DNA of 64,000 nt from contig NC_135894.1 of NCBI RefSeq assembly GCF_964194155.1, positions 14,508,001 through 14,572,000 of the forward strand, written 5' to 3'. Of the stretch, positions 1 to 14,570 are shown one piece after another. The stretch comes from Cetorhinus maximus (Eukaryota). The translations under genes and the position numbers were made by a program. The notes below the pieces were generated by a model. That model had not been told where the DNA came from. It was given only the letters and a program-made list of their open reading frames with translations, and did no database searches. Each line of letters starts with the position of its first letter. Positions within the stretch are counted from its first letter, which is position 1.

Positions 1-1033
1 TTTTTGACCTACATTCTCTGGAGCAGTTCTCTGTCTTAAAAGTTCAAACTTTGAAGTTTGATTATTAGTAGATAGGTTTAATGAGAACGAAATAAACTGG
101 GCATTCCAATTTCACTGCCATGCATAGCAAATGTTTGGAATTTAGTTAATTATTGCTGTCTTTTTAAATAATCTTGGGCATTCTTCTTTTCATTTTACTA
201 TTGAGGTGCACTTTTTTTTAGTAAGATGAAATCTAAGGGGCACCAAAATGCAGAGCAACAGTAAAATTGTAATGTGTGCTGCTGGAGCAAGAATAACAAT
301 TGGAGTGACTGAAATAAGGGTCTCTGGAAGTTTAATCCAGTCTGTTATACTATTGCTGCTCTCAGCACACCATTAGAATGCCTCAGATAAATTTGTGAAC
401 GCTTCTATTTTACCGTCAGGCATTGATCAGCCTGCCTTTTTGCCATGGTTAGATCCACAATGTGCTGCCGACCAATGCATCATAAAGGAAACTGTAATAA
501 CTGTCACATTTGCAAAGTAGCTGGCTAACCTCAGACTGCACCACTTGACAGAAATGTGAGCGTCAAGCCATGCAATGCAGGGTTGTGTTTTGAATGTTTT
601 TCACAGTTTGCTAATGCTATTATTTTTTCAAAGGTCTCTAGCAAGTATTGTGCAGCTTTTCTAACATGTTTTATGACTTGTGTGTGAAATAAGGGAACAG
701 TGGAACTAGAACCTTCTCTTGCTTTCCTGTCCCTGGCCTATTTCTGCAGAATAAAATTTTTTACCCTCCGACTACAATTGTGTCTGTTTCCCAGACTCAG
801 GTTAAGACTCCTACTGTTGCCTGATCAGCCAGCTTCATAACCTGGGTGAAATTATGAAATCAGTACTACGTTGTTGGATGTGTGGCAGTGCTCCATTCCT
901 TTTACAAGATTTACAAGATTATGAAGTCACAGCTTATGGACCTGACTGGAGAGAAATAGCATGAGATAGCTTGGAGGAAATGTGTTGCATTATTTTGATT
1001 TTGACACCTCAGGAGATGTAAATATAATATAAA

Positions 1034-2115
1034 GGATCATCCTTTGCCATTTCCGCCAACTCCAGCATGATGCCACTACCAAACACATCTTCCCTTCAGC
1101 CCCCTGGCGGCTTTCTGCAGGGATCGTTCCCTTCGGGACACCCTGGTCCACTTCTCCATCACCCCCTACACCTCAACCCCCTCCCACAGCATCTTCCCAT
1201 GCAACCGTAGAAGGTGCAACACCTGCCCCTTTACTTCCCCCCCTCCTCACCGTCCAAGGGCCCAAACACTCCTTTCAAGTGAAGCTGCACTTCCCTCAAT
1301 TTAGTCGACTGCATTCACTGCTCCCAATGCAGTCTCCTCTACATTGGAGAGACCAAACACAGTCTGGGTGACTGCTTTGCGGAACACCTTCGGTCTGTCC
1401 GCAAGCATAACCCAGACCTCTCTGTCGCTTGCCATTTCAACACACCACCCTGCTCTCATGCCCACATGTCCGTCCTTGGCCTGCTGCAATGTTCCAGTGA
1501 AGCTCAACGCAAACTGGAGGAACAGCACCTCATTTTCTGACTAGGCACTTTACAGTCTTCCGGACTTAATATCAAGTTCAACAATTTCAGATCATGAACT
1601 TTCTCCTCCATCCCCACCCCTTTCCGATCCCCCCTTTTCCAATAATTTATAATATTTTTACAACTATTTTTTTTTCTTTTCCCTCCTATTTTTAAATTTA
1701 TTTTGATCTATTGTTTCATCTCCACCTTTTACCCCATTTCGATCCCTTCCCCCTCACCCCACTTGCGCTAGGGCCATCTGCCACCAGCTTGCTTCCCTTA
1801 ATGTCCCCATTAGCACATCCTTTAGATAATATCACCACCGTCAACACCCCTTTGTCCTTTTGTCTATGACATCTTTGGCAGTCTCTTCTTGACCTCCACC
1901 TATCACTGACCCCCTATCGAGCTCTCCTGTCCCATCCCCTTCTGCTAGCTTATATTTCATCTCATTTCTTTATGTCTTAGTCCTGATGAAGGGTCATACG
2001 GACTTGAAACGTCAACTGTATCCCTCTCTGCAGATGCTGTCAGACCTGCTGAGTTTTTCCAGGTATTTTTGTTTTTGTTCTAGATTTCCAGCATCAGCAG
2101 TATTTTGCTTTTATA
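1034..2115 (+). mobile_element. Penelope-like element (Neptune-type), 3' fragment: Cys-rich linker, GIY-YIG endonuclease, 3' region with hammerhead and tail
   Basis: Frameshifted translation PCNRRRCNTCP...CIHCSQCSLLYIGETKHSLGDCFAEHL...LEEQHLIF*LGTLQSSGLN; ends with ccagcatcagcagtattttgctttta. Confidence 0.88.
1979..2017 (+). ncRNA. Minimal type-I hammerhead ribozyme motif (PLE lineage B)
   Basis: agtc-CTGATGA-a-GGGTC atacg GACTT-GAAA-CG-TC-aact: core boxes, 5-bp stem II with two G-U pairs, palindromic ACGT stem III, stem I with one mismatch. Confidence 0.75.
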
Positions 2116-2146
2116 TTAATGTTGTGTTTTGGCAGTTCTGGTTGAC

Positions 2147-3981
2147 CACAGAATCGCACAGTGCAGAAGAGGCCCTTCGGCCCATCGAGTCTGCACCGAC
2201 ACGTGAGAAACACCTGACCTACTTACCTAATCCCATTTACCAGCACTTGGCCCATAGCCTTGAATGTTATGACATGCCAAGTGCTCATCCAGGTACTTTT
2301 TATAGGATGTGAGGCAACCCGCCTCCACCACCCTCCCAGGCAGCACATTCCAGACCGTCACCACCCTCTGGGTAAAAAAGTTTTCCCTCACATCCCCCCC
2401 CTAAACCTCTTGCCCTCACCTTGAACTTATGTCCTCTCATGACTGACCCTTCAACTAAGGGGAACAGCTGCTCCCTATCCTCCCTGCCCATGCCCCTCAT
2501 GATCTTGTACACCTCGATCAGGTCGCCCCTCAGTCTTCTCTGCTCCAATGAAAACAACCCAAGTCTATCCAAACTCTCTTCATAACTTAAATGTTTCATC
2601 CCAGGCAACATCCTGGTGAATCTTCTCTGCACCCCCTCCAGTGCAATCACGTCCTCCCTATAATGTGGCGACCAGAACTGCACACAGTACTCCAGCTGTG
2701 GCCTCACCAAGATTCTATACAACTTCAACATGACCTCCCTACTTTTGTAATCCATGCCTCGATTGATAAAGGCAAGTGTCCCATATGCCTTTTTCACCAC
2801 TGCACTAACATGCCCCTCTGCCTTCAGAGATCTATGGACACACACGCCAAGATCCCTTTGTTCCTCAGAACTTCCTAGTGTCATGCTGCTCATTGAACTT
2901 CCTTGTCAAATTACTCCTTCCAAAGTGTATCACCTCTCACTTTTCAGGGTTAAATTCTATCTGCCCATTTGACCATCCCATCTATATCTTCCTGTAGCCC
3001 AAGACACTCAACCTCGCTGTTAACAACCCGGCCAATCTTTGTGTCATCCGCAAACTTACTAACCCTGCCCCCCACATAGTCATCTATGTTGTTTATATAA
3101 ATGACGAATAATAGGGGACCCAGCACAGAACCCTGTGGTATGCCACTGGACACTGGCTTCCAATCACTAAAGCGTCCTTCTGTCATCTCCCTCTGTCTCC
3201 TACAACTAAGCCAATTTTGAATCTACCTTATCAAATTTCCCTGTATCCCATGTGCATTTGCCACCTTTATAAGTCTCCCATGTGGGACCTTGTCAAAGGC
3301 TTTGCTGAAATCCATATAAACTACATCAACTGCACTACCCTCATCTACAGATCTGGTTACCTCCTCAAAAAATGCAATCAAATTTATTAGGCATAACCTC
3401 CCTCTGACAAAGCCATGCTGACTATCCCTGATCAAACCTTGCCTCTCCAAGTGGAGATAGATTCTCTCCTTCAGAATTTTCTCCGATAGTTTCCCTACCA
3501 CCGACGTGAGACTCACTGGCCTGTAGTTCCCTGGCTTAACTCTACAGCCCTTCTTAAATAGCGGAACCACATTAGCTGTTTCTCCAGTCCTCTGGCACCT
3601 CCCCCGTGGCCAGAGAGGAATTAAAAATTTGGTTCAGAGCCCCTGCGATCTCCCTTGCCTCTCTCAGCAGCCTGGGACACGAATCATCTGGACCTGGAGA
3701 TTTGTCCACTTTTAAGCCTGCCAACACCTCCAATACCTTGTCGCTCCCTATATCAATTTGCTCAAGAACCTCGCAGTCTCTCTCCCCGAGTTTGATACTT
3801 TCATCCTCCTCCTTTTGGGTGAATACGGATGTGAAGTATTTGTTCAACACTCTACCGATGTCCTCTGGCTCCACCCATAGATTGCCCGCTTGGTCTCTAA
3901 TGGGCCCTGCTCTTTCCCTGGTTATCCTCTTCCCATTGATATACTTATAGAATATCTTGGGATTTTCCCTACTTTTACCAG
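2147..3981 (-). mobile_element. CR1 LINE, 5'-truncated (RT and 3' UTR)
   Basis: ORF pieces [63 protein letters not shown]. Confidence 0.95.
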
Positions 3982-5700
3982 GGAGATTGGATCACATGCC
4001 CACCACCTCCAGCTGGCCCGTCGCCACACTCCTGCCACAGGTCGCGCAACATGCTTACCCTTGCGATGCATAGCCTACACTTCGGAATTGGAAATTGAAC
4101 TGACTCCAAGTTGTCCAATTGATTGACAGTTAAGAATCATCCAACGGTTTTTAACCCCACCTCCAATAGCTAAATGTTCAAAGCAAATTTTAGCAAAAAT
4201 GTTTTTTTTAAACATCCCTTGACTTTTTTTCTCCTGAGTTGCTTGCAGCTCTGTCCGTACCTGGCAACCCTTACGGAGAGCTTAGGAGACCACTTGGAGG
4301 AACTGGGCATATTTTTAACTTACCTGGGATAAACTTAAATGTTTATGGAGTATGTCTCTCCCTGGCTAGCTTCCCAAACTGCAAATTTACATTTTAATCA
4401 CTGGGGTAAGAGCTATGTGTATATGCTTGTGAGCCAGGCATTGTAAGTGGGATGCTGTCTTATCGGAATCAATACCGCTATGAGTTACAGGACTAATGCT
4501 GCAGCTAGAACATTATCAGTCTAGGCAGGATTCAAACCAGGGTCCCAGACATTAAAAATTGTTTGCTTTACCAGTTGTGTTGTCGGAAGAGAGGGGGTTT
4601 GATACTATTTTTAAAAAAGTATTTTGATGTGAGGCTACTTATTCAACAACTCTTATGCAAGATCCGATAAGTCAACTGCACATACAACTAGGGAGTATGA
4701 ATATTGGTTAATGTTAGGGTTTGGATCTATGACGGGTACAAAAGAAGCTTTTTCACTGGAGCAGCTATATGCTGCGTGCGATATCTTCTGGAAAATGTCA
4801 TTTTCCAGGTTTTAAGGTCCTTGATTTGTAGCTGGTAGGTAGATCATATAGAAACGGTGATGATGGAATGAACGCTTATTTGTTAGAACAGTTTTTGTTA
4901 AGACAGAATGCAACACAGTTTAATTTCTTCTGACAGTGCACCACACAGTTCCACAACTACATTAGATTTTAACTTCTGGATTGAATCCAGCCTAGATTGA
5001 TGCTGATTGTAAGGTCCAAAATGAAGTATTTTTAAATTCAAATTCTATTGAGTTTGTGTCGAATGCTAAATTAAAAGTCTTTCTCTTGGCTGATGTGGGA
5101 AATTAAAATGAAGTTAGCCAAAGCAAAACTGCTTCAGCAAGGTTAGAAACAGTAAAGCTGAAGACCTGGAGTGGGATGGTTTCCCTTTTCTGACACTAAC
5201 TTCACATTTTAAATGTGAGGTGAAATAAATAAAGTGGTGGGCCATGGGATCTGATCAACTAATTTGACAGTCTAAACTGTGCCTCATTGGAGCTGTGAAT
5301 TGAGGGAAAATGGGAATCTTGTGTAGAAGTCTGTTTAAACAGCATGGGTAGCAGCAGGACACAAATTATCTAACTTCATGATGAATACTGCAAGGAGATT
5401 GGAGGAGTTGAGGAACATCTTGACAGAAGGGTTTGCAAAGAAAACCTGCAACTTGGAATTCACCAGATGTGCCAAAATAGGTACAGATTGAAGGAGAACA
5501 TGTTCTTTTTGGAGGGGAATTGGCATGCAGTTCAAATCTCTAACTGATCATTTTGTGGTGCAGTAAATAGTATGAAACTCTTTGGAGAATTTCTTGTCAG
5601 AAAGCTTTTAAATTATTTATATTGCACAATATGATCATTTGGATATTCAATAGGTGAAATAATTTGCCGTGTGCTGTAAGTTTATTTATTTTCTTTCCAG

Positions 5701-5858
5701 TGGAAGCGATTGTTGAGTTTCCTTATGAAGCTCAACATGAAGATGAGCTGACCATTTCTGTAGGAGATATTGTTACTAACATCAAGAAAGAAGATGGAGG
5801 ATGGTGGGAGGGTGAACTGGATGGCAGAAGAGGTTTGTTCCCTGACAACTTTGTAAGA
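5701..5858 (+). CDS. SH3KBP1: Internal coding exon (exon 2) of SH3KBP1/CIN85, first SH3 domain
   Basis: Acceptor ttctttccAG at 5691-5700 and donor GTGAGT at 5859; 158 nt, phase 1 start. Translation (V)[52 protein letters not shown] closely matches the human SH3KBP1 N-terminus as I recall it ([50 protein letters not shown]), better than CD2AP. Confidence 0.93.
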
Positions 5859-7226
5859 GTGAGTATAATATGGTTTCAGTTACTATCATTATGCAATATT
5901 TGGTGTTGGCAGACATATACAGTGAAGTTATTTTGTAGGCAAAGTTTATGTTGTCTTCTGTTTACAGAAGTATTTTGGCAAAGAATGTTTTAGCAATCCG
6001 ATCAACATCTAGTGTTAAATCAAGTCTTCCATCCCCATAATAAAGACTGTGTTGCATTTGCTGCTCCCTTTTTACCAAGTGTACTGCTTGTATTGTTAAC
6101 AGATGTTTTCTAAATTATTCAATAAAATGTTCAATCAGTTGTTAACACTTCCTCATCCAGAAGTTTCAAGAATCTCTCAATTCTTGAAATAATCTGAAAT
6201 GGATAAGAGTAAGATTTTTGCACACTAGTTTTCTTGATCATTTAATGACTTATAAAAGCAATCTTGAAGAGTTGTTTGATTTATGAAGCAGCACTAAGTT
6301 GCAAACTAAAAGGAATTTTTGGTAAGTGGTGTGTTTTTAAACTCTTCTGGAGGACGCATTTTAAATCTGATGAGAGGAAATCTCACTGTTACTCTGACTT
6401 ACCACTTCCTCCCTTCCAAGTTACAAAAGTGAACTGTTTTGATAGTCCCAAGTATTCCTAGTATAACTGAATCAAAGGCTCAAAACTGAAACATTCATAG
6501 TGCTTTTTTTTTGAAGCAAAGTTTACTAAACTACGTTATTTCAAGTCTTTGCATTTCTAAAATTATGTATGTTCTTATGAATGTTGCTGACTTGTATGTT
6601 ACTTTTTTTGGGCTACCAGTCACACCAGGAAGATTTAATTAAGTAACGCTTTCTACCTATGAGCATCAGCTAACTGCTAACATCTGCACTGCTGAAGAAA
6701 GCAGGAAGCTGTGGTAAATAATTGTGCTTGGTTGATTTCACCCTTTTCTTAAATGAAATGAGTTGGTAGTATAGAAATAAAGCATCTTTTTTGTAACATA
6801 TTTCAGCAAGCTGCTGTCATCAAGCATATCTAAGATTGTCATTACCTTGGATTAGCGAAACATTCTGTAAACCTTTAAATATATACAAGCTTACTAATAC
6901 AATACATACAAAAATACTTTTTGCTTATTGAACTTAAATAGGTAAAAAAGTTCACATTTGGTACAAAAAATGTTTATACATTAATGCAACACTAAGCTAT
7001 AAAAATCAGAAGTGGCTTGCTTATGCTAAATCAGCTGATCTCAAATTGGGTCAGCAATGGGCATGCTGAAGTTGGTTTCAATGTTCCTGGGTTGGGAGGG
7101 AGCAATTCCGTGCTGTTAGGGTTTTGTTCTTAATTAGCTACTTCTGAATATGCTGAAAAGTACACGTGGTGGTTGATGGACCTTACCTCCCCCACCCCTC
7201 AACTTGTGAGAGACATGAAATGATTG

Positions 7227-9935
7227 TGAGCCATTACGGAGACATGGTTACAAGGAGATCAAAGCTGGGAACTAAATCTTCAGGGACATGACTTTTTGAA
7301 AGGACAGGCAGGAAGGAAAGGCTGGTGGGGTAGCTTTATTAGTACGTGATGGAATAAGTACGATAGCAAGAAATGGATCAGAAGATGTAGAATCCATATG
7401 GGCAGAGGTAAGAAATAACAAGGGGAAGACGACACTGGTGGGAGTATTCTATAAGAGCCCTAACAGTGGCTATACTGTTGGATAGAGGATAAATCAGGCG
7501 ATAATGAGGGTATGTAAAAAAGGGCAGGACATTAATCATGGGTGACTTTTAAGTTTCATGTAGATTGGGAAATCAAATTTGCAGAGGTAGGCACGAGCAA
7601 GAATTCATGGTGTATTCAGGGCTGTTTCCTAGAACAATATGTTGTGGATCCAACCAGGGATCAGGCTATTTTGGATCTGTAATGTGTAATGAGGCAGGTT
7701 TAATAAATTATCTCAGAGTAAAAGTCCCCCTAGGAAACAGTAACCGTAAAATGGTTGAATTTAGCATTCAGTTTGAGAGTGAGAAACTTGGGTCAGAAAC
7801 AACTGTGCTAAACTTGAATAAGGGTAATTACAATGGAATGAGGGCAGTGTTGGCTGTAGGAGACTGGGAAAGGAGTTTAGCATAAAAGACAGTTGATGAA
7901 CAATGACAGACGTTTAAGAAAATAGATCATGACTCACAACAAAGATATATCCCAGCGAGGAAGAAGGAGTCCAGGAAGGGAATAAACCACCCATGGTTAA
8001 CCAAGGAAGTTAAGGAGTAGTGACAAATTGAAAGAAAAGACATACGATGTGGCAAACATTAGTGGTAGCCAGAGGATTGGGAAAGTTTTAAAAACCAACA
8101 AAAGATGACAAAAAGAAATAGAGGGAGAAAACAAACTAGCAAGTAATATAAAAACGGACAGTAAGAGCTTCTTTAAATATATAAAAATGAAGAGAGAGGC
8201 CAAAATGAACATAGGCACCTTGGGGAACATGGCTGGGGAAATAATAATGGGGAACCAGGAAATGGCGGAAGAGTTGAATAAATACTTTGCATCAGTCTCC
8301 ACAGTAGAAGACATTAATAGCATTCCAAAAATATTAAATAATCAAGGGGCAAAAGAGGGAATAAATACAATAACTATCACTAGAGAAAATGTACTAGAGA
8401 AACTAATGGGGCTAAAGGCTGATAAGCCCCCTGGACCTGATGGGTTGCATCCTAGGATATCAAAGGAAGTAGCTACACAGACAGTGGATGCATTGCCAGT
8501 AATCTTACAAGAATTTTGGAAAAGTCCCAGAGGATTGGAAAACTGCCAATGTAACACCTTTATTCAAAAAGGGAGGAGAGAAAAAACAGGTGATTACAGG
8601 CCAGTTAGCTTTAAATCTGTCATTAGGAAGATGTTAGTCTATTATAAAGGATGTAATAGCAGAGCATTTAGAAATACATATTCTAATCAAGCAGCGTCAG
8701 CATGGCTTCATGAAGGGAAATCATGCCTGACAAATTTATTAGAATTATTTGAGGAGGTAGCAAGCAGGATAGATAAAGGGGAACCAGTAGATGTAATATA
8801 TTTGGATTTCCAAAAGGCATTCAATAAGGTACCGCACATGAGGCCACTTAATTAGATAAGAACCCACCGTGTTGGGGGTAGTATATTAGCATTGATAGAG
8901 GATTGGCTAACTAATAGCAGACAGAGAGTTGGGATGAAGGGGCCATTTTGTAGATGGCAACCTGCAACTAGTGGAGTGCCACAAGGATCAGTGCTGGGGC
9001 CACAATTATTTACAATATATATTAATGACTTAGATGAGGGTAGTGAATGTACCATCGCCAAGTTTGTGGATGACACAAAAATAAGTGGGAGGGCAAGCAG
9101 TGAGGATGACACAAGGATTTACAGAGGGATATAGACAGGTTAAGTGAGTGGGCAGAAACTTGGCAGATGGAGTATAATGTGGGAAAATGTGAGGTTACGC
9201 ACTTTGGCAGGAAGAATAGAGGAGCTGAATATTATTTAAATGGAGATAGCTGCAGCACAGAGGGATTTGGGAGTCCTCGTGCATGAATCCCAAAAAGCAA
9301 ACAAACAAGTAAAGCAACTAATAGGGAAGGCAAATGGGATGTTGGCCTTTATTTCAAAGGGAATTGAATATAAAAATAGGGAAAACTATACAAGGCACTA
9401 GCTAGACCGCACCTAGAACACTGAACAATTTTGGTCCCCTTATCCAAGGAAAGATATATACTGGCAATGGAGGCAGTCCTAGAAGGTTCATTAGGTTGAT
9501 CCCGGGTATGGAGGGATTTTCTTATGAGGGTAGGTTGAGTAGGTTGGGCCTGTGCTCATTGGAGTTTAGAAGAATGAGGGGCGACCTTATTGAAATATAT
9601 AAGATTCTTAGGGGGCTTGACAGGTTAGATGCTGAGAGGTTGTTTCCCCTTGTGGGATGTCACCTATTTAAGACAGAGATGAGGAAGAATTTCTTCTCTC
9701 GGGGTAGTGAATCTGTGGAATTCTTTACAGCGGCGGGCTGTAAATGCTGGGCTGTTAAGTATATTCAAGGCGGAGATGGGCAGATTTTTAATCAGTAAGG
9801 GAATCAAGGGTTATGGGGATAAGGCAGGAAAGTGGAGTTGAGGATTATCAGATCAGCCATGATCTCATTGAATAGCGGAGCAGACTCGATGGGCTGAATG
9901 GCCTACTTCTGCCTCTATGTCTTATTGTCTTATGA
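7227..9935 (+). mobile_element. CR1 LINE, most of ORF2 (APE endonuclease and RT), degenerate
   Basis: ITETWLQ-like start at about 7232, [43 protein letters not shown], typical CR1 3' UTR ending tcttattgtcttatg. Confidence 0.95.
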
Positions 9936-11034
9936 TATGCCTAGATTGGAATGTTTGGTGTGAAATGTTGAGTCACTGCACTCTTCAAGATTGATTGCAT
10001 CATTTTTAGGATGCTGATTCTCAATGCTGCTTTATTGCATTTAATGCAAAATATGCCCTTCAATGATCAGCAAAGATGGAAAAAGGAGGTCCTGATTTTG
10101 GAGAATTTAGTAATTCACCCAGTTGAGTGTATCCTCTGAAGATAGCTTTGGATTGGGTTGGGACTGTGTTTTTCAATTCTTCTTCAGTTGTTTTATGAAA
10201 TACATTGAAAACAAACAGAAAATCAAACAAAATAAAAGATAATGTAACTTTGTTTATATTTTAGTACTCTATACCCTTGCTATAGTCTTCTGGACAAATG
10301 CAAATGATTTAATAGTGCTGAATTGAGGAGAGAGATTTTTTTTCTAATGACACATATGCCAACAGGCTATGTATGGTTTGTTTTGTTTCTCTGCAGCTAT
10401 CTAGTCTCCTGTGTGATTTTCTGTGTTTTATGGAAAATCTGGGATAGCTCTAGAATATACTTCGTGATCAGAATAGCTCATAAACCATTATGTTCTGATC
10501 ATTGTGAGCAGTGTTGCTGATCAGAGTTGTCATAAACATGTTGCACATATCCATTACACTGTTTACACTGACTTGTTCATTTTGGATTAAAATCTACTTT
10601 TCTGCATGCTTATGCCAATTTAAATAGCCTGCTTATTTCTCCATAATGCTTGTCATTTTAAGGTATTAATGGTCTTCCACCTTCACAATCTTCATTTCTC
10701 TTTTTTGAAAAAAATCTTTCACTTAACAACTTTAAGCCCTAAACCACATTATCTATTTAATATTAGAATTGATTAAAAGGTAATTTAAAAAAAAAATCAA
10801 CTCCAATGTGCTTTTGCTTCTCAGATATTGGATTATATGTGACCTTTGTTCTGGAAGTGCATGAATCAGGTGTGTGCTCGTGCATGGGTGCACACTTTCC
10901 TTTGAGGTTGTACACCCCTTGCAGCCAAGATAAAAGATTCTATGGACTGTTTTGACTCTGCTGTTCACTAGCTAGCTCGGTGGAGAATACCAATTGGATT
11001 GTTTACCTCCTCCATCGTGCCTTGGGGATACAGC

Positions 11035-11500
11035 AACAACAACTTGCATATATGTAGCTTCTTCAATATAGAAGAAATCTCTGCAGCCTACAGAAAATGA
11101 ACGCTGTGGCAAATCAGCAGTGATTGAGAGGGGTGATCAAAGAGGTGAATTTAAGCCTCTCTGAGATGGAGAGGAACGCAGAGTCTTAAGGAGGAAACTT
11201 CAGAACTTGGGGCCTAGGTGCTTGAAGTTGGGGTTCAGGGATAAGGGCAGATAAGAAAATGAAGTCATAGTCCTGGAGAACTTTAGGGAATATCGTAGGA
11301 GGATGTTAGAGATGAGAAACGATTACCACCACAGCAAATATAAGGATAAGAATTTTATATTTGAAGCATTGGGGTGCTAGGAGCCAAGGTAGGTCATTGA
11401 GGAAAGGGATGAAGGGTAGGATATTATATCAGAGCTTTTGGATGCGGTGAAGTTTACGTAGGGTGGCAGAAAGGAAGCTGAACAGGAGAACATTAGAGTA
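11035..11500 (-). mobile_element. Old L2-type LINE 3' fragment
   Basis: caacaacttgcatatatgtagc terminus and similarity to 20180-20700 and 11900-12230. Confidence 0.55.
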
Positions 11501-11899
11501 ATTGGGGAAATTTGAACAGGTGGGTTGGGTACATATTTTAAAATTGGAGAAAAATGAAGCCGCTCCAACATGCCAACCTTTGTGTATAATTTGGCTGTAT
11601 GTGAGTAACCTGCTTGCTGGAATCAGCCAGTTCATTAGTGCAGGTGGGTGGGCAGTTAAGACCCCATTTAATCCCTTATTTACATGCAAATGAGGGGCTT
11701 TTGAAATGAGTTTAACCCTTCGAATTTAATTCCTCCAGTCCTAATTCCTAGGGCTCCGGAAACATGCCAGTGAAAGTGAATTTCAGATGCAGTTTATGGA
11801 GGGGCCTTTAAATTTCATATTGCTTGATCCCAATAAGTACTCAGTTCTTACAACTACTTTGTCATTTTCCTTTGGCAAATATTTTCCACAGAATTTTTG

Positions 11900-12230
11900 T
11901 CAGCATTGATGTTTTCATCAACCCTGTGCTTGCTAACCTGTGTGGCACCTGATCAAAAAAGCCTTGATTTTAAAATTCTCATGTGTTTTAAGTCCCTCCA
12001 CAGGATCTCCCCTCCCTATCTATGTCATCTCCTCCCAATCACACAACCCTTAGATATCTGTGCTCAGTTAGTTCTAACCTCTTGACCTTTCCCAATTTTA
12101 ATTGTTCCATCATTGGTGGCTATGTCTTCAGCTGCCTAGATCCTAAACTCTGGAATTCCTTCCCTAAACCCTTCCACTTCTCTTTCCAAGGCACTCTTTA
12201 AAACCTAGCTCTTTGACAGAGCTTTTAGCT
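11900..12230 (+). mobile_element. L2-type LINE 3' fragment
   Basis: LDFKILMCFKSLHRISPPYL and ctctggaattccttccct (LWNSLP) motifs. Confidence 0.7.
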
Positions 12231-12420
12231 GTTTGGTGCTCCGCCCTGCTCAATGTTGTACAAGACAGAAAATTGAAGATTGAGAGGGATGAAAGTGCTC
12301 TTAGGGCATCCTTGAATGAGACTATTGAAGAGAAGAAACATGAAGATGGGGTTCCAATTGCAAGAGCAAATGAGTGCATTGCTGTCAGGAATGCTGTCAC
12401 AGCTAGAAGAGTCAGTTGAT
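12230..12420 (+). mobile_element. Possible PIF/Harbinger transposase C-terminal relic
   Basis: WCSALLNVVQDR...acidic stretch...IAVRNAV resembles the Harbinger C-terminal pattern CCxLHN...DE-rich...RxxL; recognised by eye only. Confidence 0.35.
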
Positions 12421-12682
12421 TATTGCAACTGGAGCAAATGCCAAATGAAAGCCAACAGCACCAACGCTGAGTCCTCTCACTCCTCCACCCTTTTCACGAA
12501 GCAGCCAGTGGGTCCTGTCACGTATTGGTATTCATAATGAAACAACTGAGAGGGCTTGTTTCCACTCTGCCTTGCCATTGAGAGCATGTCGGCTGCTGGC
12601 TGAGGACAAATGCAACGGGTGAGAAATGCAAGGTGTTTGAGTGGTGCTCCCACTTTCATATCCTCTTTCAGTTTAAAGAGAT

Positions 12683-13520
12683 ATAGACAACAACAAAGTG
12701 AGTGGGCAATAACATGGCAAATGGTTTATAATATAGTGAATGTGTGAAGCTATTCACTTTGATTGAAAGAATGCAAGAGCTGAATATTTTTTTAAAAAGG
12801 TGAGAAACTTGTGTTCAAAGAAACGTGGGTGTGCTCGTCCAAGGAATGCAAGAAGTCATACAGGTACAGCAAACAATTAGGACGGTAAATTACATATTGG
12901 CCTTTTATTGCAAGAGGATTTAGAGTGCTGGAATAAAGAAGTCTTGCTAGATTTGTACAGGGTGTTGGTGAGACCACATATGGAGTACTGTGTGCAGTTT
13001 TGGTCTCCACATTTAAGAAAATATACACTTGCGCTGGAGGTGGTACAGTGAAGGTTCACTAAATTGGTCCCTGGGATGAGGGGTTTGTCCTATGAGGAGA
13101 GACTGGGTCTATTTTCTCTGGACTTTTGGAAGAATGAGAGGTGACTTCATTAAAACGTCAGAATTCTGAAGGGGTTTGGTAGGGTAGATGCTGAGAGAGA
13201 TTTCTGCTGGACGGAGAATCTAAAATGCAGGGGCACAGTCTCAGGATAAGGGGTCGATCATTAAGTACTGAGATGAGGGAAAATGAGTTCATTCAAAGGG
13301 TTGTGAATCTTTGGAATTCTCGTCCCAGGGGGTTGTAGATGTTCCACCACTGAATATATATTTAAGGCTGGGATAGACAGATTTTTGAGATCTCAAGGAA
13401 TCAAAGGATATGGGGAATGGGCTGGGATGTAGAATTGAAGCCCAAGATCAGCCATGATCGTATTGAATGGCAGAGCAGGCTCGATGAGCCATATGGTCTT
13501 CTCCTCCTATTTCTCATGTT
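12683..13520 (+). mobile_element. CR1 LINE 3' fragment
   Basis: gagtactgtgtgcagttttggtctcca (EYCVQFWSP) and a CR1 3' UTR. Confidence 0.9.
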
Positions 13521-13964
13521 CATCATCATCCAAGCCCTGGGCCAACACTGGAACAGTCCTACCATTCTGCAAACCAGCATGTTGAAGTTAAGTGACTCAT
13601 TAGAAGATATCTGCCATCCTGATTAAGGCAACAGACGTTGCTTTGTTGGTGTTCAAAGTTTGCCATGTCATGGCCTGCATGAATCACTTGAAAGCTGTGC
13701 TTGAAGTTCCATGGAAGTACTTGAAGCTCCATGGAAGTATTCATTGTCTCCATAATAGACATTTTCCACAGCTACCTGCTCCACTAATACAGAAGGATTC
13801 AAGTTGGACTTTTCCATTCCCTCCACTGTGGAGAGTGCATCTCACCACATGTCAGTGCCTCACATAGTTGCTTTGTGGCTCAGTATGTCCAGCTGACCAG
13901 AACTTGGAAAAGATTGTGCCCACCTATCCAACCTACAGATTCTCCTCGGCTGTCTCTATAACGT

Positions 13965-14570
13965 ATTGTTGTTTATTGCAAGGGGAATAAAATATAGAAG
14001 TAGGGATGTTTTGCCACAATTGTACAGTGCGTTGGTGAGACCAGATCTAGAGTACTGTGTACAGTTTTGGTCTCCTTATTTAATAAAATATATAAATACA
14101 TTAGAAGCAGCTCAGAGAAGGTTCATTCTACTGATAACTGCGGATGAGGGGGGTTATCTTTACAACGAAAGTTTGGACAGGCTGGGCCTGTATCCATTGG
14201 AGTTTAGGGGAATGCGAGTACTTTTTGAAACATGTAAGCTTCTGGCATCACTTGACAAGGATGCTGAAAGGACATTTCCCCTTGCGGGAGAGACTAGAAC
14301 TAGGGGACACAGTTTAAAAATTAGGGATTTCTCATTTAGGCTAGATATGAGCAGAAATATTTTCTGAGAGTCAGAACAGTGGGAGCAGGGCCAATCAATA
14401 TTTTCAAGGTAAAGAGAGAGAGATTCTTGACTAACAGGGGAGTCAAAGGTTATCGGGGGTAGGCAGAATGTGGAGTTGAGGCCACAATCAAATCAGCCAT
14501 GATCTTATAGAATGGCGGAGCAGGCTCGAGGGGCCAAATGGCCTGCTCCTGCTCCTAATTTGTATGTATG
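13965..14570 (+). mobile_element. CR1 LINE 3' fragment
   Basis: ORF 13966-14367 LVRPDLEYCVQFWSPY; 3' UTR ends tatgtatgt. Confidence 0.9.

Noticed and set aside
4259-4272. hAT-like terminal inverted repeat (acctggcaaccct)
   Set aside because: No partner end or 8-bp TSD found; too short to support.
5664-5993. 109-aa ORF as a standalone SH3 gene
   Set aside because: Only 5701-5858 is SH3-like and it is bounded by canonical splice sites; the flanks are intronic read-through.
13700-13740. Short 20-bp tandem duplications (also 48811-48850) and a 9-bp one at 901-920
   Set aside because: Ordinary slippage duplications in decayed sequence.
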